Below are positions 1 to 9,871 of a DNA stretch of 64,000 nt, piece after piece. Origin of the DNA: Candidatus Poseidoniales archaeon (lineage in GTDB: Archaea; Thermoplasmatota; Poseidoniia; Poseidoniales; Poseidoniaceae). Where the stretch lies: positions 7,644 through 71,643 of the forward strand of contig JAYNJV010000003.1 in NCBI GenBank assembly GCA_038110525.1, given 5' to 3'. Position 1 is the first letter of the stretch. Every line of letters starts with the position of its first letter. The position numbers were made by a program, and so were the translations under genes. The notes below the pieces were generated by a model. That model saw nothing but the letters and a program-made list of their open reading frames with translations, searched no databases and was not told the DNA's origin.

Positions 1-1
1 A

Positions 2-496
2 ACCCATTTGGGTCTCGTCTCAAGAGCGTGGGGGGCACAATACTTCCATGTCTTTGGCGATGAAGATTCCAAGTTATTTTCAACCATCCAACAGGTCAAT
101 CAACGGTTCGGTGGTTTGATGGAGTGCCATCATCAAAAGGGATTAATGCGTTGGATGAAAAATTTCCAAGACCCAAACCAAACAAATGGTGTCATTGTTC
201 ACTTGACGATGTATGGTCAAAACTACAAAGAAGTCGTTTCTGAGATAGAATCGAATCGACCAATAGCAATTATTGTAGGAGGTGCAAAAGTACCTGGAGA
301 AGTGTTCAAAATTTCTGATTTTAACGCCTCAGTTGGAACGCAACCTCATTCTGAAGTGGCCGCACTTGCCCTCTTTCTTGACCAGTTGAATACTTCGAGA
401 AATTCGGTTCCAATGTTTGTAAATCCTGAGTTGATTATCGAACCTTCCGCCGATGGAAAAATTGTACATTCAATGAAGGATTTTGAAGAAGAGTAA
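2..496 (+). CDS. trm56: tRNA (cytidine56-2'-O)-methyltransferase aTrm56, 5'-truncated by window edge
   Basis: Motifs TH(L)GLVSRAWGA, VHLTMYG, IVGGAKVP and VGTQPHSEVAALALFLD are typical of archaeal SPOUT Trm56; the frame is open to the window start. Confidence 0.9.
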   Translation, partial: THLGLVSRAWGAQYFHVFGDEDSKLFSTIQQVNQRFGGLMECHHQKGLMRWMKNFQDPNQTNGVIVHLTMYGQNYKEVVSEIESNRPIAIIVGGAKVPGEVFKISDFNASVGTQPHSEVAALALFLDQLNTSRNSVPMFVNPELIIEPSADGKIVHSMKDFEEE

Positions 497-541
497 ATAG
501 AAAGTTACTTGCGATATTGCAGGTGAGTTTAGCACAAAAGG

Positions 542-570
542 GATGGTTTTTATTTGCAATAAAAAACATC
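542..570. promoter_or_regulatory. Inverted repeat (13-bp arms, 1 mismatch) upstream of carA; candidate operator
   Basis: GATGGTTTTTATT-TGC-AATAAAAAACATC in the AT-rich trm56-carA intergenic region. Confidence 0.45.
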
Positions 571-616
571 AATATCACACCCAATAATTATGACCTACCG
601 TTTCTGAAAGAAGTTG

Positions 617-1924
617 ATGTCAGAGGCCTCTAATGCTGAACTAAGCATGAGCAAGGCGCACTTTACCTCTGACAGACTTGAGAACTTACCACTCCCGGAT
701 GCAACCGATGGGCTCAAATCATCTGAGAACTTACCTGAAACAGCGACTGGCAAAGGCGTCATCCTCACTGCTGATGGCCAAAGGTACGAAGGCGACCTTT
801 TTGGAGCAAAAGGTTGGGCTGAAGGAGAATTAGTGTTCACTACTGGGATGATGGGTTATCAAGAATCGCTGACCGACCCCTCATTTGCTGGACAAATCCT
901 CACATTTACATATCCACTCATTGGAAATTATGGAGTCCATGAGGGCAAGTCCGAATCATCAAAAATTTGGCCAAGAGGTGTCATTGTTCGCCACGCCACA
1001 CCAATCCCCGACCATAGAGACAGCATTGCCAACATTGATGAATTTCTAAGATTCCATAGCGTTCCCGGTATAGAAGGGGTTGATACCCGTTCCATTACAC
1101 GCCATGTGAGAGAACTTGGTACCGTCCTTTGCATCTTTGGACCTCTCGAAGATGAACAACAAATGAAGGCAAGGCTCGCAGATTTAACATCACCCGACCT
1201 TGAAGATTTAGTTGATGAGGTTTCGATCAACGAACCGATTCATCTAGGACAATATTACATGAATCAAACCTACGATGACCGCCCTCGTCTAGGCGTCATT
1301 GACTGCGGCATCAAATACAACATTTTGCGACACTTATGTGCCTATTTTGATGTTGTTTGGTGTCCTCCGGATGTTGATTATGACCATTTACGTTCGAACT
1401 ACAACATTCAAGCATTGTTTTGTTCAAATGGCCCCGGAGACCCTGCACATCCAGGAAAAGCGACACAGGCTCGAAAGACTCTTGCAAGAGCGGTCTTTGA
1501 TAACCTCCCCGTCATGGGCATTTGTTTAGGTCACCAATTGATGGGACTTGCCTCGGGATTACAAACCTACAAAATGAGGTATGGACACCGCGGTGCCAAT
1601 CAACCCGTCGTTGATTTGGTCAGTGGAACCGTTGCAATTACAAGTCAAAACCACGGCTTTGCTGTAGCACATCCTCATGATGGAATGCTCGCTGCACATC
1701 CAACAGGAGCAACCTCGCCAAAGGTTGAGAATTTACATGGCTCCGAAATCAAAGTTCGATATGTGAACGCAAACGATGGAACGGTGGAAGGCCTTGATGT
1801 CATCAACAAACCATGCTTCACTGTTCAATTTCACCCTGAGGCATGCCCTGGGCCACACGATGCTTCTCCATTGTTTGAACGGTTTAGGACAATGGTCGAT
1901 ACACATTATAGAGGTGAAGTGTAA
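617..1924 (+). CDS. carA: Carbamoyl-phosphate synthase small (glutaminase) subunit
   Basis: GELVFTTGMMGYQESLTDPSFAGQILTFTYPLIGNYG, SNGPGDP, GICLGHQ nucleophile, SQNHGFAV, VQFHPEA; start could be 617 or 647. Confidence 0.97.
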   Translation: MSEASNAELSMSKAHFTSDRLENLPLPDATDGLKSSENLPETATGKGVILTADGQRYEGDLFGAKGWAEGELVFTTGMMGYQESLTDPSFAGQILTFTYPLIGNYGVHEGKSESSKIWPRGVIVRHATPIPDHRDSIANIDEFLRFHSVPGIEGVDTRSITRHVRELGTVLCIFGPLEDEQQMKARLADLTSPDLEDLVDEVSINEPIHLGQYYMNQTYDDRPRLGVIDCGIKYNILRHLCAYFDVVWCPPDVDYDHLRSNYNIQALFCSNGPGDPAHPGKATQARKTLARAVFDNLPVMGICLGHQLMGLASGLQTYKMRYGHRGANQPVVDLVSGTVAITSQNHGFAVAHPHDGMLAAHPTGATSPKVENLHGSEIKVRYVNANDGTVEGLDVINKPCFTVQFHPEACPGPHDASPLFERFRTMVDTHYRGEV

Positions 1925-4900
1925 TGCCACGGCGAGACGATTTAACCACCATTTGTGTTTTGGGAAGCGGCCCAATCAAAATTGGTCAAGCGGCTGAATT
2001 TGATTTCTCGGGTTCTCAAGCCGTCCGTGCACTACGAGAAGATGGATATCGAGTCATTCTTGTGAACTCAAATCCAGCAACGATTCAAAACGACCCAGAA
2101 ATGGCAGATGTGGTCTATATCGAACCATTGCTGCCAGCAACCGTTCGTAGAATTCTCGAAATCGAAAAGCCATGTGCGTTGCTGGCAGGCATGGGTGGGC
2201 AAACCGCTCTGAATATCGCAAGTGAATTAGCACATGATGGAACATTGGAACGGCTAGGTGTCGAACTGATTGGTTCTGACCTCGATGCCATAGACAAAGC
2301 AGAAGACAGAGAGTTGTTCAATCAAGTTTGTGATTCAATTCAACTTCCTATCAGCCAAGCCATTGCGTGCAATTCTATTGAAGAGGTCATCGCTGCTGCA
2401 AACACCATTGGCTCCTGGCCGATCCTCATACGCCCTGCATTTACATTAGGAGGGTTAGGCGGGGGAACGGCTTGGGATATGGGACAATTGGTCGAAATAT
2501 CTCAATTAGGACTACGAAATTCAAGGATCTCTCAAGTGCTTATTGAAGAATCAATTCTCGGCTGGCAAGAACTTGAGTACGAAGTAATGAGAGACGCAGC
2601 AGATAACGCCATCATCGTTTGTACTATGGAAAACATAGACCCGATGGGTGTTCACACTGGTGAATCGACCGTGGTAGCCCCATTGCAATCATTTAGCGAT
2701 GCTGACCACCAAATTCTGCGAAATCAAGCACTTGCGTTGATTCGTGCCCTAAACATCAAAGGCGGATGCAACGTTCAATTTGCTTTCAATCAATCAACTG
2801 GTGAAATTCGAGTCATCGAAGTCAATCCTCGTGTTTCGAGGTCCTCAGCACTTGCATCAAAAGCAACAGGTTACCCAATTGCGAGAATGGCTGCGAAAAT
2901 TGCTGTGGGTTACACTCTGGATGAATTGCCCAATCCAATCACAGGAGAAGGAACGACTGCTGCCTTTGAACCAACGCTTGATTATTGTGTAGTGAAAATA
3001 CCTCGCTGGCCATTCGATAAATTCCGGACCGCTGACAGGACACTCGGTACTTCAATGAAATCGACCGGCGAAGTCATGGCAATTGGTCGAAATTTCGAAG
3101 AGGCTTTTCTCAAGGCATGGGCTTCATTGGAACAAGGTTGTCCGCATCCAAGGCCACTCACCAGAGCAGATGAATCTGAAGGGGAAGGTATGAGTGAACG
3201 CTCACTTGAACAACTACCAGATAAAACCCTTGAAGAATGGTGTAGAATTGCTACTGATCGAAGAATGGGTGCACTTCTTGAGGCTTTTCGAAGAGGGTGG
3301 AGCATAGAACGAGTGTTTGAAATTACGAGTATCACTCGATGGTTCTTGCACCGATTTGAAAAGATTGCACGTCTTGAAAAAGAGATTGTTGAATCGCGAA
3401 TATCTCCTTCTGAAATTTCCATAGATTCGATGATTCGATGGAAATCCCACGGATTTACTGATGCCCATATCGCTGATGCACTTTGTGGGTTTCCTTCAGA
3501 AGGATACAAATCATTGCCTGTCGGTATGGACGAACGATCTGTGATGCTTCGAAGACACGAATTAGGCGTACACCCGAGATACAGAATGGTCGACTCGTGT
3601 GCTGCAGAATTCGCTGCAAAAACCCCATATTATTATTCCACATACGAAACCCATACGCAATTAGGAATTGACCTATTGCCTGACCTTGAGACAAGAACAA
3701 AAGAACGCATCGTCACAATTGGCAGTGGACCAATTCGTATTGGGCAGGGTATTGAATTCGACTATGGATGTGTCCACGCAGTCAAAGCCATTCGGGAGAG
3801 TGGGAAAGATGCGATTATCATCAACAACAACCCCGAAACGGTATCAACAGATTTTGATACATCCGATCGGCTATATTTTGATCCACTCACACTTGAGTTT
3901 GTCAGTGAAATTCTTCTACGAGAAATGGCTCATGGGATTTTACTCCAATTTGGAGGTCAAACTGCAATCAACCTCGCTGAACCAATCGAACGTCGATTAC
4001 CCGATTTACGTGTCCACGGTTTAGCCATGAGCATCATTGGAACGACATGTGATGCTATTGACGAAGCGAGTGATAGACAACGATTCGAAGCGTTTGCAAA
4101 GCGTTCAGGACTCAAGATGCCAAAGGGTGCAACTGGTTCAACTTCGGATGACATTCGAAACGCGGTTGAAGAAATCGGGTTTCCCGTGCTCATACGTCCA
4201 TCATATGTTCTTGGTGGTCGAGGCATGGAGATTCTTTCCAACCAAACACAACTGGAAAATTACTTGAAAGAAGCATACATTGCTCCAGATAAACCCCTGC
4301 TCATCGATGAATATTTGGGTCATGCGACTGAATTGGATGTTGATGCAGCATCCGATGGCGACCAAGTGCTTGTTGGTGCAATCATGGAACATCTCGAAGA
4401 AGCTGGCATTCATTCAGGTGACTCAACCTGCTTCATTCCTGCACAAAACATTTCGCAAAATCTCCTCAGTCAAGTTGAGGAGCAGACCAAAATCATCGGC
4501 TTGGGCTTAGGCATTAAGGGATGTTACAACATCCAATTTGCAATACAAAACGATACATTGTATGTTCTCGAAGTCAATCCGAGGTCATCAAGAACTGTTC
4601 CTTTCGTTGCAAAAGCCTCCGGTCTTCCCTTAGCAAAAATCGCTGCGATGATTACTATTGGTCTTCCTTTGTCGAGTCAAAATATCCCGAGAAGAACCAG
4701 CGGCCAAGTATGTGTAAAAGCCCCTGTGTTTCCTTTCATTAAACTCAGGGGACTTGACCCTGCCCCAGGACCCGAAATGAAATCGACAGGAGAGGTCTAT
4801 GGGTCGGACCAACGTGCAGACTTTGCATATCTCAAAGCTCGTCTCGCTACCGAAGTTCCAGTCGCTACTTCGGGTGGAGTTTATCTGACTGTTCGAGATG

Positions 4901-5268
4901 AAGACAAAAAAGAACTTATTCCGATAGCCCAAGAATTACAAAGACTTGGTTTTACTCTTTACGCAACACCAGGAACAGGTGATGTTCTGCGAGATGGAGG
5001 TGTTTCAGTGACAACCGTGTATCGAATCGCTGAAGGAAAGCATCCCGATGCCTTAGATTTAATGCGACAAGGAAAGGTCTCGTTCATTATCAATGTCCCG
5101 ACCATATCAGGCGGTGCAGTTCGTGATGGAAATATGATGAGGCGACTCGCTGTCGAACTCAACATTCCTTTCGTAACGACAATACGTGGAGCAACAATGG
5201 AAGTGGCTGCGATGCGAGCTCATCAAAAAGATACGCTCGAGCCAAGACAGTTAACTGTTCACTACTGA
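1924..5268 (+). CDS. carB: Carbamoyl-phosphate synthase large subunit
   Basis: GSGPIKIGQAAEFDFSG, two ATP-grasp halves (IEVNPRVSRSS and LEVNPRSSRTVPF), C-terminal MGS domain; start overlaps the carA stop. Confidence 0.98.
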   Translation: MPRRDDLTTICVLGSGPIKIGQAAEFDFSGSQAVRALREDGYRVILVNSNPATIQNDPEMADVVYIEPLLPATVRRILEIEKPCALLAGMGGQTALNIASELAHDGTLERLGVELIGSDLDAIDKAEDRELFNQVCDSIQLPISQAIACNSIEEVIAAANTIGSWPILIRPAFTLGGLGGGTAWDMGQLVEISQLGLRNSRISQVLIEESILGWQELEYEVMRDAADNAIIVCTMENIDPMGVHTGESTVVAPLQSFSDADHQILRNQALALIRALNIKGGCNVQFAFNQSTGEIRVIEVNPRVSRSSALASKATGYPIARMAAKIAVGYTLDELPNPITGEGTTAAFEPTLDYCVVKIPRWPFDKFRTADRTLGTSMKSTGEVMAIGRNFEEAFLKAWASLEQGCPHPRPLTRADESEGEGMSERSLEQLPDKTLEEWCRIATDRRMGALLEAFRRGWSIERVFEITSITRWFLHRFEKIARLEKEIVESRISPSEISIDSMIRWKSHGFTDAHIADALCGFPSEGYKSLPVGMDERSVMLRRHELGVHPRYRMVDSCAAEFAAKTPYYYSTYETHTQLGIDLLPDLETRTKERIVTIGSGPIRIGQGIEFDYGCVHAVKAIRESGKDAIIINNNPETVSTDFDTSDRLYFDPLTLEFVSEILLREMAHGILLQFGGQTAINLAEPIERRLPDLRVHGLAMSIIGTTCDAIDEASDRQRFEAFAKRSGLKMPKGATGSTSDDIRNAVEEIGFPVLIRPSYVLGGRGMEILSNQTQLENYLKEAYIAPDKPLLIDEYLGHATELDVDAASDGDQVLVGAIMEHLEEAGIHSGDSTCFIPAQNISQNLLSQVEEQTKIIGLGLGIKGCYNIQFAIQNDTLYVLEVNPRSSRTVPFVAKASGLPLAKIAAMITIGLPLSSQNIPRRTSGQVCVKAPVFPFIKLRGLDPAPGPEMKSTGEVYGSDQRADFAYLKARLATEVPVATSGGVYLTVRDEDKKELIPIAQELQRLGFTLYATPGTGDVLRDGGVSVTTVYRIAEGKHPDALDLMRQGKVSFIINVPTISGGAVRDGNMMRRLAVELNIPFVTTIRGATMEVAAMRAHQKDTLEPRQLTVHY

Positions 5269-6459
5269 TCAGCACTCATCAAAAGCTTCAATCAAGTATT
5301 TTGTAACTGGGCTTGTGTGGGCTAATTCTGGTATCGCATCTTTTCCTTGTTCTGCATAGGTCAAAATGACATCCTTCACTCGAACATTTCCTTCAGCTGA
5401 ACGTGCTAAGATCGTGTTTGGTTTGAGGTTTTTTCCAGTGCCATGAGGGTCATACACTGTATCAAGCGCTTCATTTAGGAACCACTCAGCTTTTCCACCA
5501 GGCTCTCCTTCGTAGGTTCTTTTTGGCTTCTTTGCACCAAAGAGGCCCCCTGCCTTCTTTTTTGGCTCTTCTTTCTTTGTTTCAGGAATTGCCTCTTCTT
5601 TTTTAGGCTCTGACTTCGATTCAACTTGCTTTGACTCCTGTTTTTCTTTGGTTGAGTCCTTCTCAGATGATTCCTTCTTTTCTTCAGTTTTTGATGCAGA
5701 TGAAGTTTGATTGGATTCAAGTTTTTCGATCGTATCTTTGAGTGCTCGTATTTCATCGATATACTTGGACGCTGCATGCATCAAAGCTGCAGACATACTG
5801 GATTCAAGTTGAAGGGCCAATAATTCGTTGTTCAGGCCTTGCCATTTCTTCCATTGAAACATGGTGTTTTCAATAATATCCGAACCACATTTTGGACAGA
5901 AACTCTTCTTTGGCGGTTTCATAATGGGAATATCTTTCATCACATCCATCATTTGATTCGACGCCTTTTTTTGAGAAATGTCCAAGAGAGTATGGAGAGT
6001 TTTGAGGCCAATATCCATCGATTCATTGATTAAATCTTGATGGGCATCAAACTTTCCTGAGGTCACAGTATTGCTAAAAGGTTCTTTTTCGAATGCCGCA
6101 AGAATGACTTCCTTCGGAGTGTTTGATTTACCCCACGAAATTGACGAAAGAGAGGTTGGTACTTCCATCGCTTCCGCAACGGCGAATGCATCGTCGAGCG
6201 AACCACCATCATCAGCTGCTGCTGCAATACCGAGTTCAATTGGATTTGCTCCCTCTTCGACTTTGGCAATCATGTTAAATTTGTCTGCCATTGAAAGGTC
6301 ATCCCTCATACGTATGGCTTCTTTGAGTTGATTGAGGTCATGCCCTGTTGAGGTGATGGGGCCTTGACGATTCAAATCGTGTCCGCAGGTCAAACAATAG
6401 GTGGCAGTCACTTCGACTTTCGATTCACAAGTCGGACAGTAGACTCCCGCCATGGCCAT
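5269..6459 (-). CDS. Hypothetical zinc-ribbon protein with coiled-coil and K/E-rich linker
   Basis: CPTC..CLTC at the N-terminus, CPKC mid-protein, low-complexity EEKKES/EPKK stretch; GAGGT SD before ATG 6459. Confidence 0.75.
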   Translation of the reverse strand: MAMAGVYCPTCESKVEVTATYCLTCGHDLNRQGPITSTGHDLNQLKEAIRMRDDLSMADKFNMIAKVEEGANPIELGIAAAADDGGSLDDAFAVAEAMEVPTSLSSISWGKSNTPKEVILAAFEKEPFSNTVTSGKFDAHQDLINESMDIGLKTLHTLLDISQKKASNQMMDVMKDIPIMKPPKKSFCPKCGSDIIENTMFQWKKWQGLNNELLALQLESSMSAALMHAASKYIDEIRALKDTIEKLESNQTSSASKTEEKKESSEKDSTKEKQESKQVESKSEPKKEEAIPETKKEEPKKKAGGLFGAKKPKRTYEGEPGGKAEWFLNEALDTVYDPHGTGKNLKPNTILARSAEGNVRVKDVILTYAEQGKDAIPELAHTSPVTKYLIEAFDEC

Positions 6460-6540
6460 CAATAACCTCAACGGTTTTTGAATCATTTCCGAAAAAAAAT
6501 TCATTTACGCCTTAAGATTAAACAATTCAAACATGTGGAA

Positions 6541-8136
6541 TTATTCAATGGCTAACTTGAGGAGTTGGATCGCTGAATCACGATGCCACGCTTCCAAAAT
6601 AGGTGCTAATCGAGGACCCTTTTCAGCACCAAGGAAGAGCAAATAGGACGCCCGATAGACCTCCTTCATCTTGAGATTCATAGTCTCAGCAATCAATCCA
6701 AAAACCGAATGGATATCAGTCGATGTCCAAGGAATGGCTGCAAAGTGTTCATGCATGAGTCTTAGGATGTTGATGTCCACTTCATTTGAATGTTCAAAAA
6801 AATATTCAGTTGGTTTTGATTGCAAACGTATTTGCATTTCTTCTGGGAAATGCTCAGACGATATCCAATATCTCATTCTACCTAATCGGTCACGAAGTTT
6901 AGAAGACACATCTGAAATCATTCCAGTTTGGAGCAGTGAATCAAAAACATCCTCGTCAGAATCGCGAATTTGGGCCAACATTGCGAGATGACGAAAACTG
7001 ACAGATTCAGATTTCGCTTTCTCGCCTTGAAACACAACGGCATACCTCATGGATGCCTCTGCATCTTCAACCTGCACTTTTTGCCTACGGCTCAAATCTG
7101 TCTGTAGTAATTCATCTTCAAAGTTTCTTGAAGCAAGCCTTTCATATTCATCAGCTAATGTTACAAGGCCCATACCAGTATCAAATTCAATGGCTTTACT
7201 CGGTTTTGTCTTCGCGACAAGAAGTCTCAAAATTTCAGGTGGTACGAGCCTCAACGCCTCCATCGGACCAATGGTGTTTCCAACCGAGGAGGACATCGCC
7301 CCCATGCCTTTCAGACTAATCCACTCATAGGTCAAAGGATTGGGAGCACTATGACCAAAAAACTCAACGATTTCTTTTCCAGTATCGTATGAACCACCGG
7401 CTGTTCCATGGTCCTTACCAAATGGTTCCATTGTAATTTCATTAAAACACCACCTGGCAGGCCAATCGATTCGCCATGGTAATTTTCCTTCTCCCTTGGA
7501 AATATCTGAAGTCCCACATGTTCCATCATCTTCTTCAAATGTTACAATGGGGTGCTGATAATCGATAATTTTGACATTACCTAAAGTACCATTTGAGGAA
7601 AGTGGCGTCCATGGAAACCAATCCTCTGGTAATTCTCTTCCTGAGACTCGCTCTATAATTTCTCTGACAATTTCTTTATTTTCACATACTTTTTGTGCAT
7701 ATGGTTCAAATTTTCCAGTGCGGTACATCTCCAAATTATCGACGATTCTTGGTTGAACACCAATCTCTTGCAAGGCAGATAAAAACGGTTCAAGAAAATG
7801 CTGAGCATAGGTCGCACCCGTCGTCTCAAAAAGTTTGACATCTGGTTTCCCATTCTCGTCCGGAGGGGGAATGTTTCCAATTTGGTGCCCAATATAATGT
7901 TCGTAATCTTGATGGAGAAATGGGTAGACTTTTCGAAGTGGGTCGGCTGAATCCACGATGAATATGAATTCAACATCGAGTCCAATATGTTGGCATGCCC
8001 TCGAAATAATTTCTCCGGTTAAGATTTCACGAATGTGGCCGATATGAAATTCTCCACTCGGTGTGATCCCCGCTGCAATGATGTGTTTTGAGCCCCTCTC
8101 TGCTAATTGAGATGCTGCTACATCTGCCCAATGCAT
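6541..8136 (-). CDS. lysS: Lysine--tRNA ligase, class I
   Basis: MHWAD start, GITPSGEFHIGH (HIGH), GKLPWRIDWPARW, EPFGKDH, GAMSSSVG, GPRL. Confidence 0.97.
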   Translation of the reverse strand: MHWADVAASQLAERGSKHIIAAGITPSGEFHIGHIREILTGEIISRACQHIGLDVEFIFIVDSADPLRKVYPFLHQDYEHYIGHQIGNIPPPDENGKPDVKLFETTGATYAQHFLEPFLSALQEIGVQPRIVDNLEMYRTGKFEPYAQKVCENKEIVREIIERVSGRELPEDWFPWTPLSSNGTLGNVKIIDYQHPIVTFEEDDGTCGTSDISKGEGKLPWRIDWPARWCFNEITMEPFGKDHGTAGGSYDTGKEIVEFFGHSAPNPLTYEWISLKGMGAMSSSVGNTIGPMEALRLVPPEILRLLVAKTKPSKAIEFDTGMGLVTLADEYERLASRNFEDELLQTDLSRRQKVQVEDAEASMRYAVVFQGEKAKSESVSFRHLAMLAQIRDSDEDVFDSLLQTGMISDVSSKLRDRLGRMRYWISSEHFPEEMQIRLQSKPTEYFFEHSNEVDINILRLMHEHFAAIPWTSTDIHSVFGLIAETMNLKMKEVYRASYLLFLGAEKGPRLAPILEAWHRDSAIQLLKLAIE

Positions 8137-8144
8137 AAATCCAC

Positions 8145-8726
8145 CTAAACCGATACAGCACGAATAAGACCACGAAGTGGAACATCATCAATTTCGTTTC
8201 TTGTGGTTTTGTTCACAAGAACCACGGCAAGTAAAACCTCGCCGCCTTTTTCACGTATGGATTCTATCGTTCTTGACATCGTTACACCTGAAGAGAGCAC
8301 ATCGTCGATGATCACAACTGACTTGCCTGAAACTTGACCATACTTATTGGACAATGACCCATGACCATCTCCAGAATCTGTCGTTCTATAGACCGTCATT
8401 TCGACACTTAGATTTCTTGCTACTTCATATGCAAATGCAATTCCGTTAATTGAAATCCCAACAATCGTATCAATGTTTGATCCAAGTTCTTCAATCACGA
8501 TATCTGCCATAATATCGCCGATAGCGGAAATGCGTTCAGGCCGAACACCAATGGTTCGCCAACCAATTCGGACATCATTAGGTCGCTCCACTTCACTGGC
8601 ATCGGTAAGCAACCAAGCAATGGTGTCTTGGGACAACGACATTTCATCTGCAATTTGTTGAGGATTTAGGCCCTCTTTTCTCAAATTCAAAGCCAGTGTT
8701 TTGAGTTCTTCAATGCTGAGTACCAT
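8145..8726 (-). CDS. HTH + phosphoribosyltransferase-fold protein (PyrE-like/GfcR family regulator)
   Basis: N-terminal HTH (GLNPQQIADEMSLSQDTIAWLL), DVRIGWRTIG, PRPP loop VVIIDDVLSSGVT. Confidence 0.85.
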   Translation of the reverse strand: MVLSIEELKTLALNLRKEGLNPQQIADEMSLSQDTIAWLLTDASEVERPNDVRIGWRTIGVRPERISAIGDIMADIVIEELGSNIDTIVGISINGIAFAYEVARNLSVEMTVYRTTDSGDGHGSLSNKYGQVSGKSVVIIDDVLSSGVTMSRTIESIREKGGEVLLAVVLVNKTTRNEIDDVPLRGLIRAVSV

Positions 8727-8820
8727 CGTTATCAAGGAGAGGGGGAAGCAGATGATACTTCAACACTTCCCACCTTTTCCTATTGCAAGAATTGAAGAAG
8801 TGGAACTTTGACGATGGCAC

Positions 8821-9231
8821 ATGGGCGATTTCGACTACGAGGCGTTACTCGATAAAGCACGAGAAAATATCCCTGAAGAAATTTCAAATCGTGCACGGTG
8901 GCAATTACCGGCCCCTCAAATCCTCATCGAGGGTGCGAACACCATCTTTCGAAATTTCAACGATGTTGTTTCAATGATGGAACGTGATGAAAACCATGTG
9001 TATCAATACTTGCTCAATGATTTGGGTACTTCTGGTTCAAGAGATGGGCCGCGTGCACGTTTCAAAGGACGAATTCCACCCAAGAGAATCAAATCAGCAC
9101 TGGTCAATTATGTCAATACCTACATCAAATGCAACCAATGTTCTGCACCAGATACACACTTTGTAAAAGAGGATAGAACAACGCTGTTGAAATGTCAAGC
9201 GTGCGGAGCAACGAGACCTGTTAAATTGTGA
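8821..9231 (+). CDS. eif2b: Translation initiation factor 2 subunit beta
   Basis: DYEALLDKA N-terminus, TIFRNF, LGTSG, zinc finger CNQCSAPDT...CQACGA. Confidence 0.96.
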   Translation: MGDFDYEALLDKARENIPEEISNRARWQLPAPQILIEGANTIFRNFNDVVSMMERDENHVYQYLLNDLGTSGSRDGPRARFKGRIPPKRIKSALVNYVNTYIKCNQCSAPDTHFVKEDRTTLLKCQACGATRPVKL

Positions 9232-9243
9232 TACTGAGCCGAT

Positions 9244-9585
9244 TTATCCGTCCAACTTCATAAGCAAATGACCAGCTATTTTTCCACCCCTTACATGTTC
9301 GATGATCGATGGCAAATCTGCCTCACCCTGTAACGTATACCAGACTCCTTCCGGATAGACGACACAGGAGATACCATGTTCGCAATAATCCAGACACCCT
9401 GATTTTTGAATTCGTACTTTTTCGATTCCTGCTTCTCTTGATAATGCTTTGAGTTGAGATAAGAGTTGGAGACTTCCTCTCCCTGAACAATGAGGTCGCT
9501 GTGCCCCCTCTGGACGTTCATGACCACACACAAATACGTGCTTCAGATAACCAGGTTCATCATTCGTATCCTTGGTCAATCCCAT
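9244..9585 (-). CDS. Thioredoxin-like [2Fe-2S] ferredoxin
   Basis: KHVFVCGHER..HCSGRG, KSGCLDYCEHG, VVYPEGVWY; SD GAGGTG before ATG 9585. Confidence 0.88.
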   Translation of the reverse strand: MGLTKDTNDEPGYLKHVFVCGHERPEGAQRPHCSGRGSLQLLSQLKALSREAGIEKVRIQKSGCLDYCEHGISCVVYPEGVWYTLQGEADLPSIIEHVRGGKIAGHLLMKLDG

Positions 9586-9589
9586 CACC

Positions 9590-9871
9590 TCAATCAATAT
9601 TTGAGATTGCGTTTGCGAGAACGATATCTCGTTGCGTAATTTTTTGTTCATCATGAGAGAAGAGCATGAGATGCACATAGCCCCAACCAAATGAAATGTC
9701 TGGATGGTGATTTTGGATTTCGGCCAATATGGAAATTTCATCAACAAACCGTTTTGCCATTTCAAAATTTGTAAATTTAAACTCGGCTACAAGTTTTTCA
9801 TTTTCGATCCGCCAAGGCTTGGGTAGGTCCAAAAACTCAGCCCCAAAGGTGTGAGTCAGTATCCCCAGCAC
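9590..9871 (-). CDS. Pterin-4-alpha-carbinolamine dehydratase (PhhB-like)
   Basis: FKFTNF, AEIQNHHPDI, LFSHD..ITQRDIVLA; true start is possibly TTG at 9832. Confidence 0.9.
   Translation of the reverse strand: MLGILTHTFGAEFLDLPKPWRIENEKLVAEFKFTNFEMAKRFVDEISILAEIQNHHPDISFGWGYVHLMLFSHDEQKITQRDIVLANAISNID

Noticed and set aside
679..735. 12-nt direct repeat TGAGAACTTACC (679-690 and 724-735) at the start of carA
   Set aside because: Only two copies, in frame (ENLP twice) in a variable N-terminal extension; not a CRISPR or IS end
5540..5710. T/C-rich low-complexity tract
   Set aside because: It encodes the K/E-rich linker of the minus-strand protein and is not a nucleotide repeat element
9586..9765. 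N-terminal extension of the 173-aa ferredoxin ORF
   Set aside because: It overlaps the PCD gene in another frame; an SD plus ATG at 9585 gives a normal-sized ferredoxin
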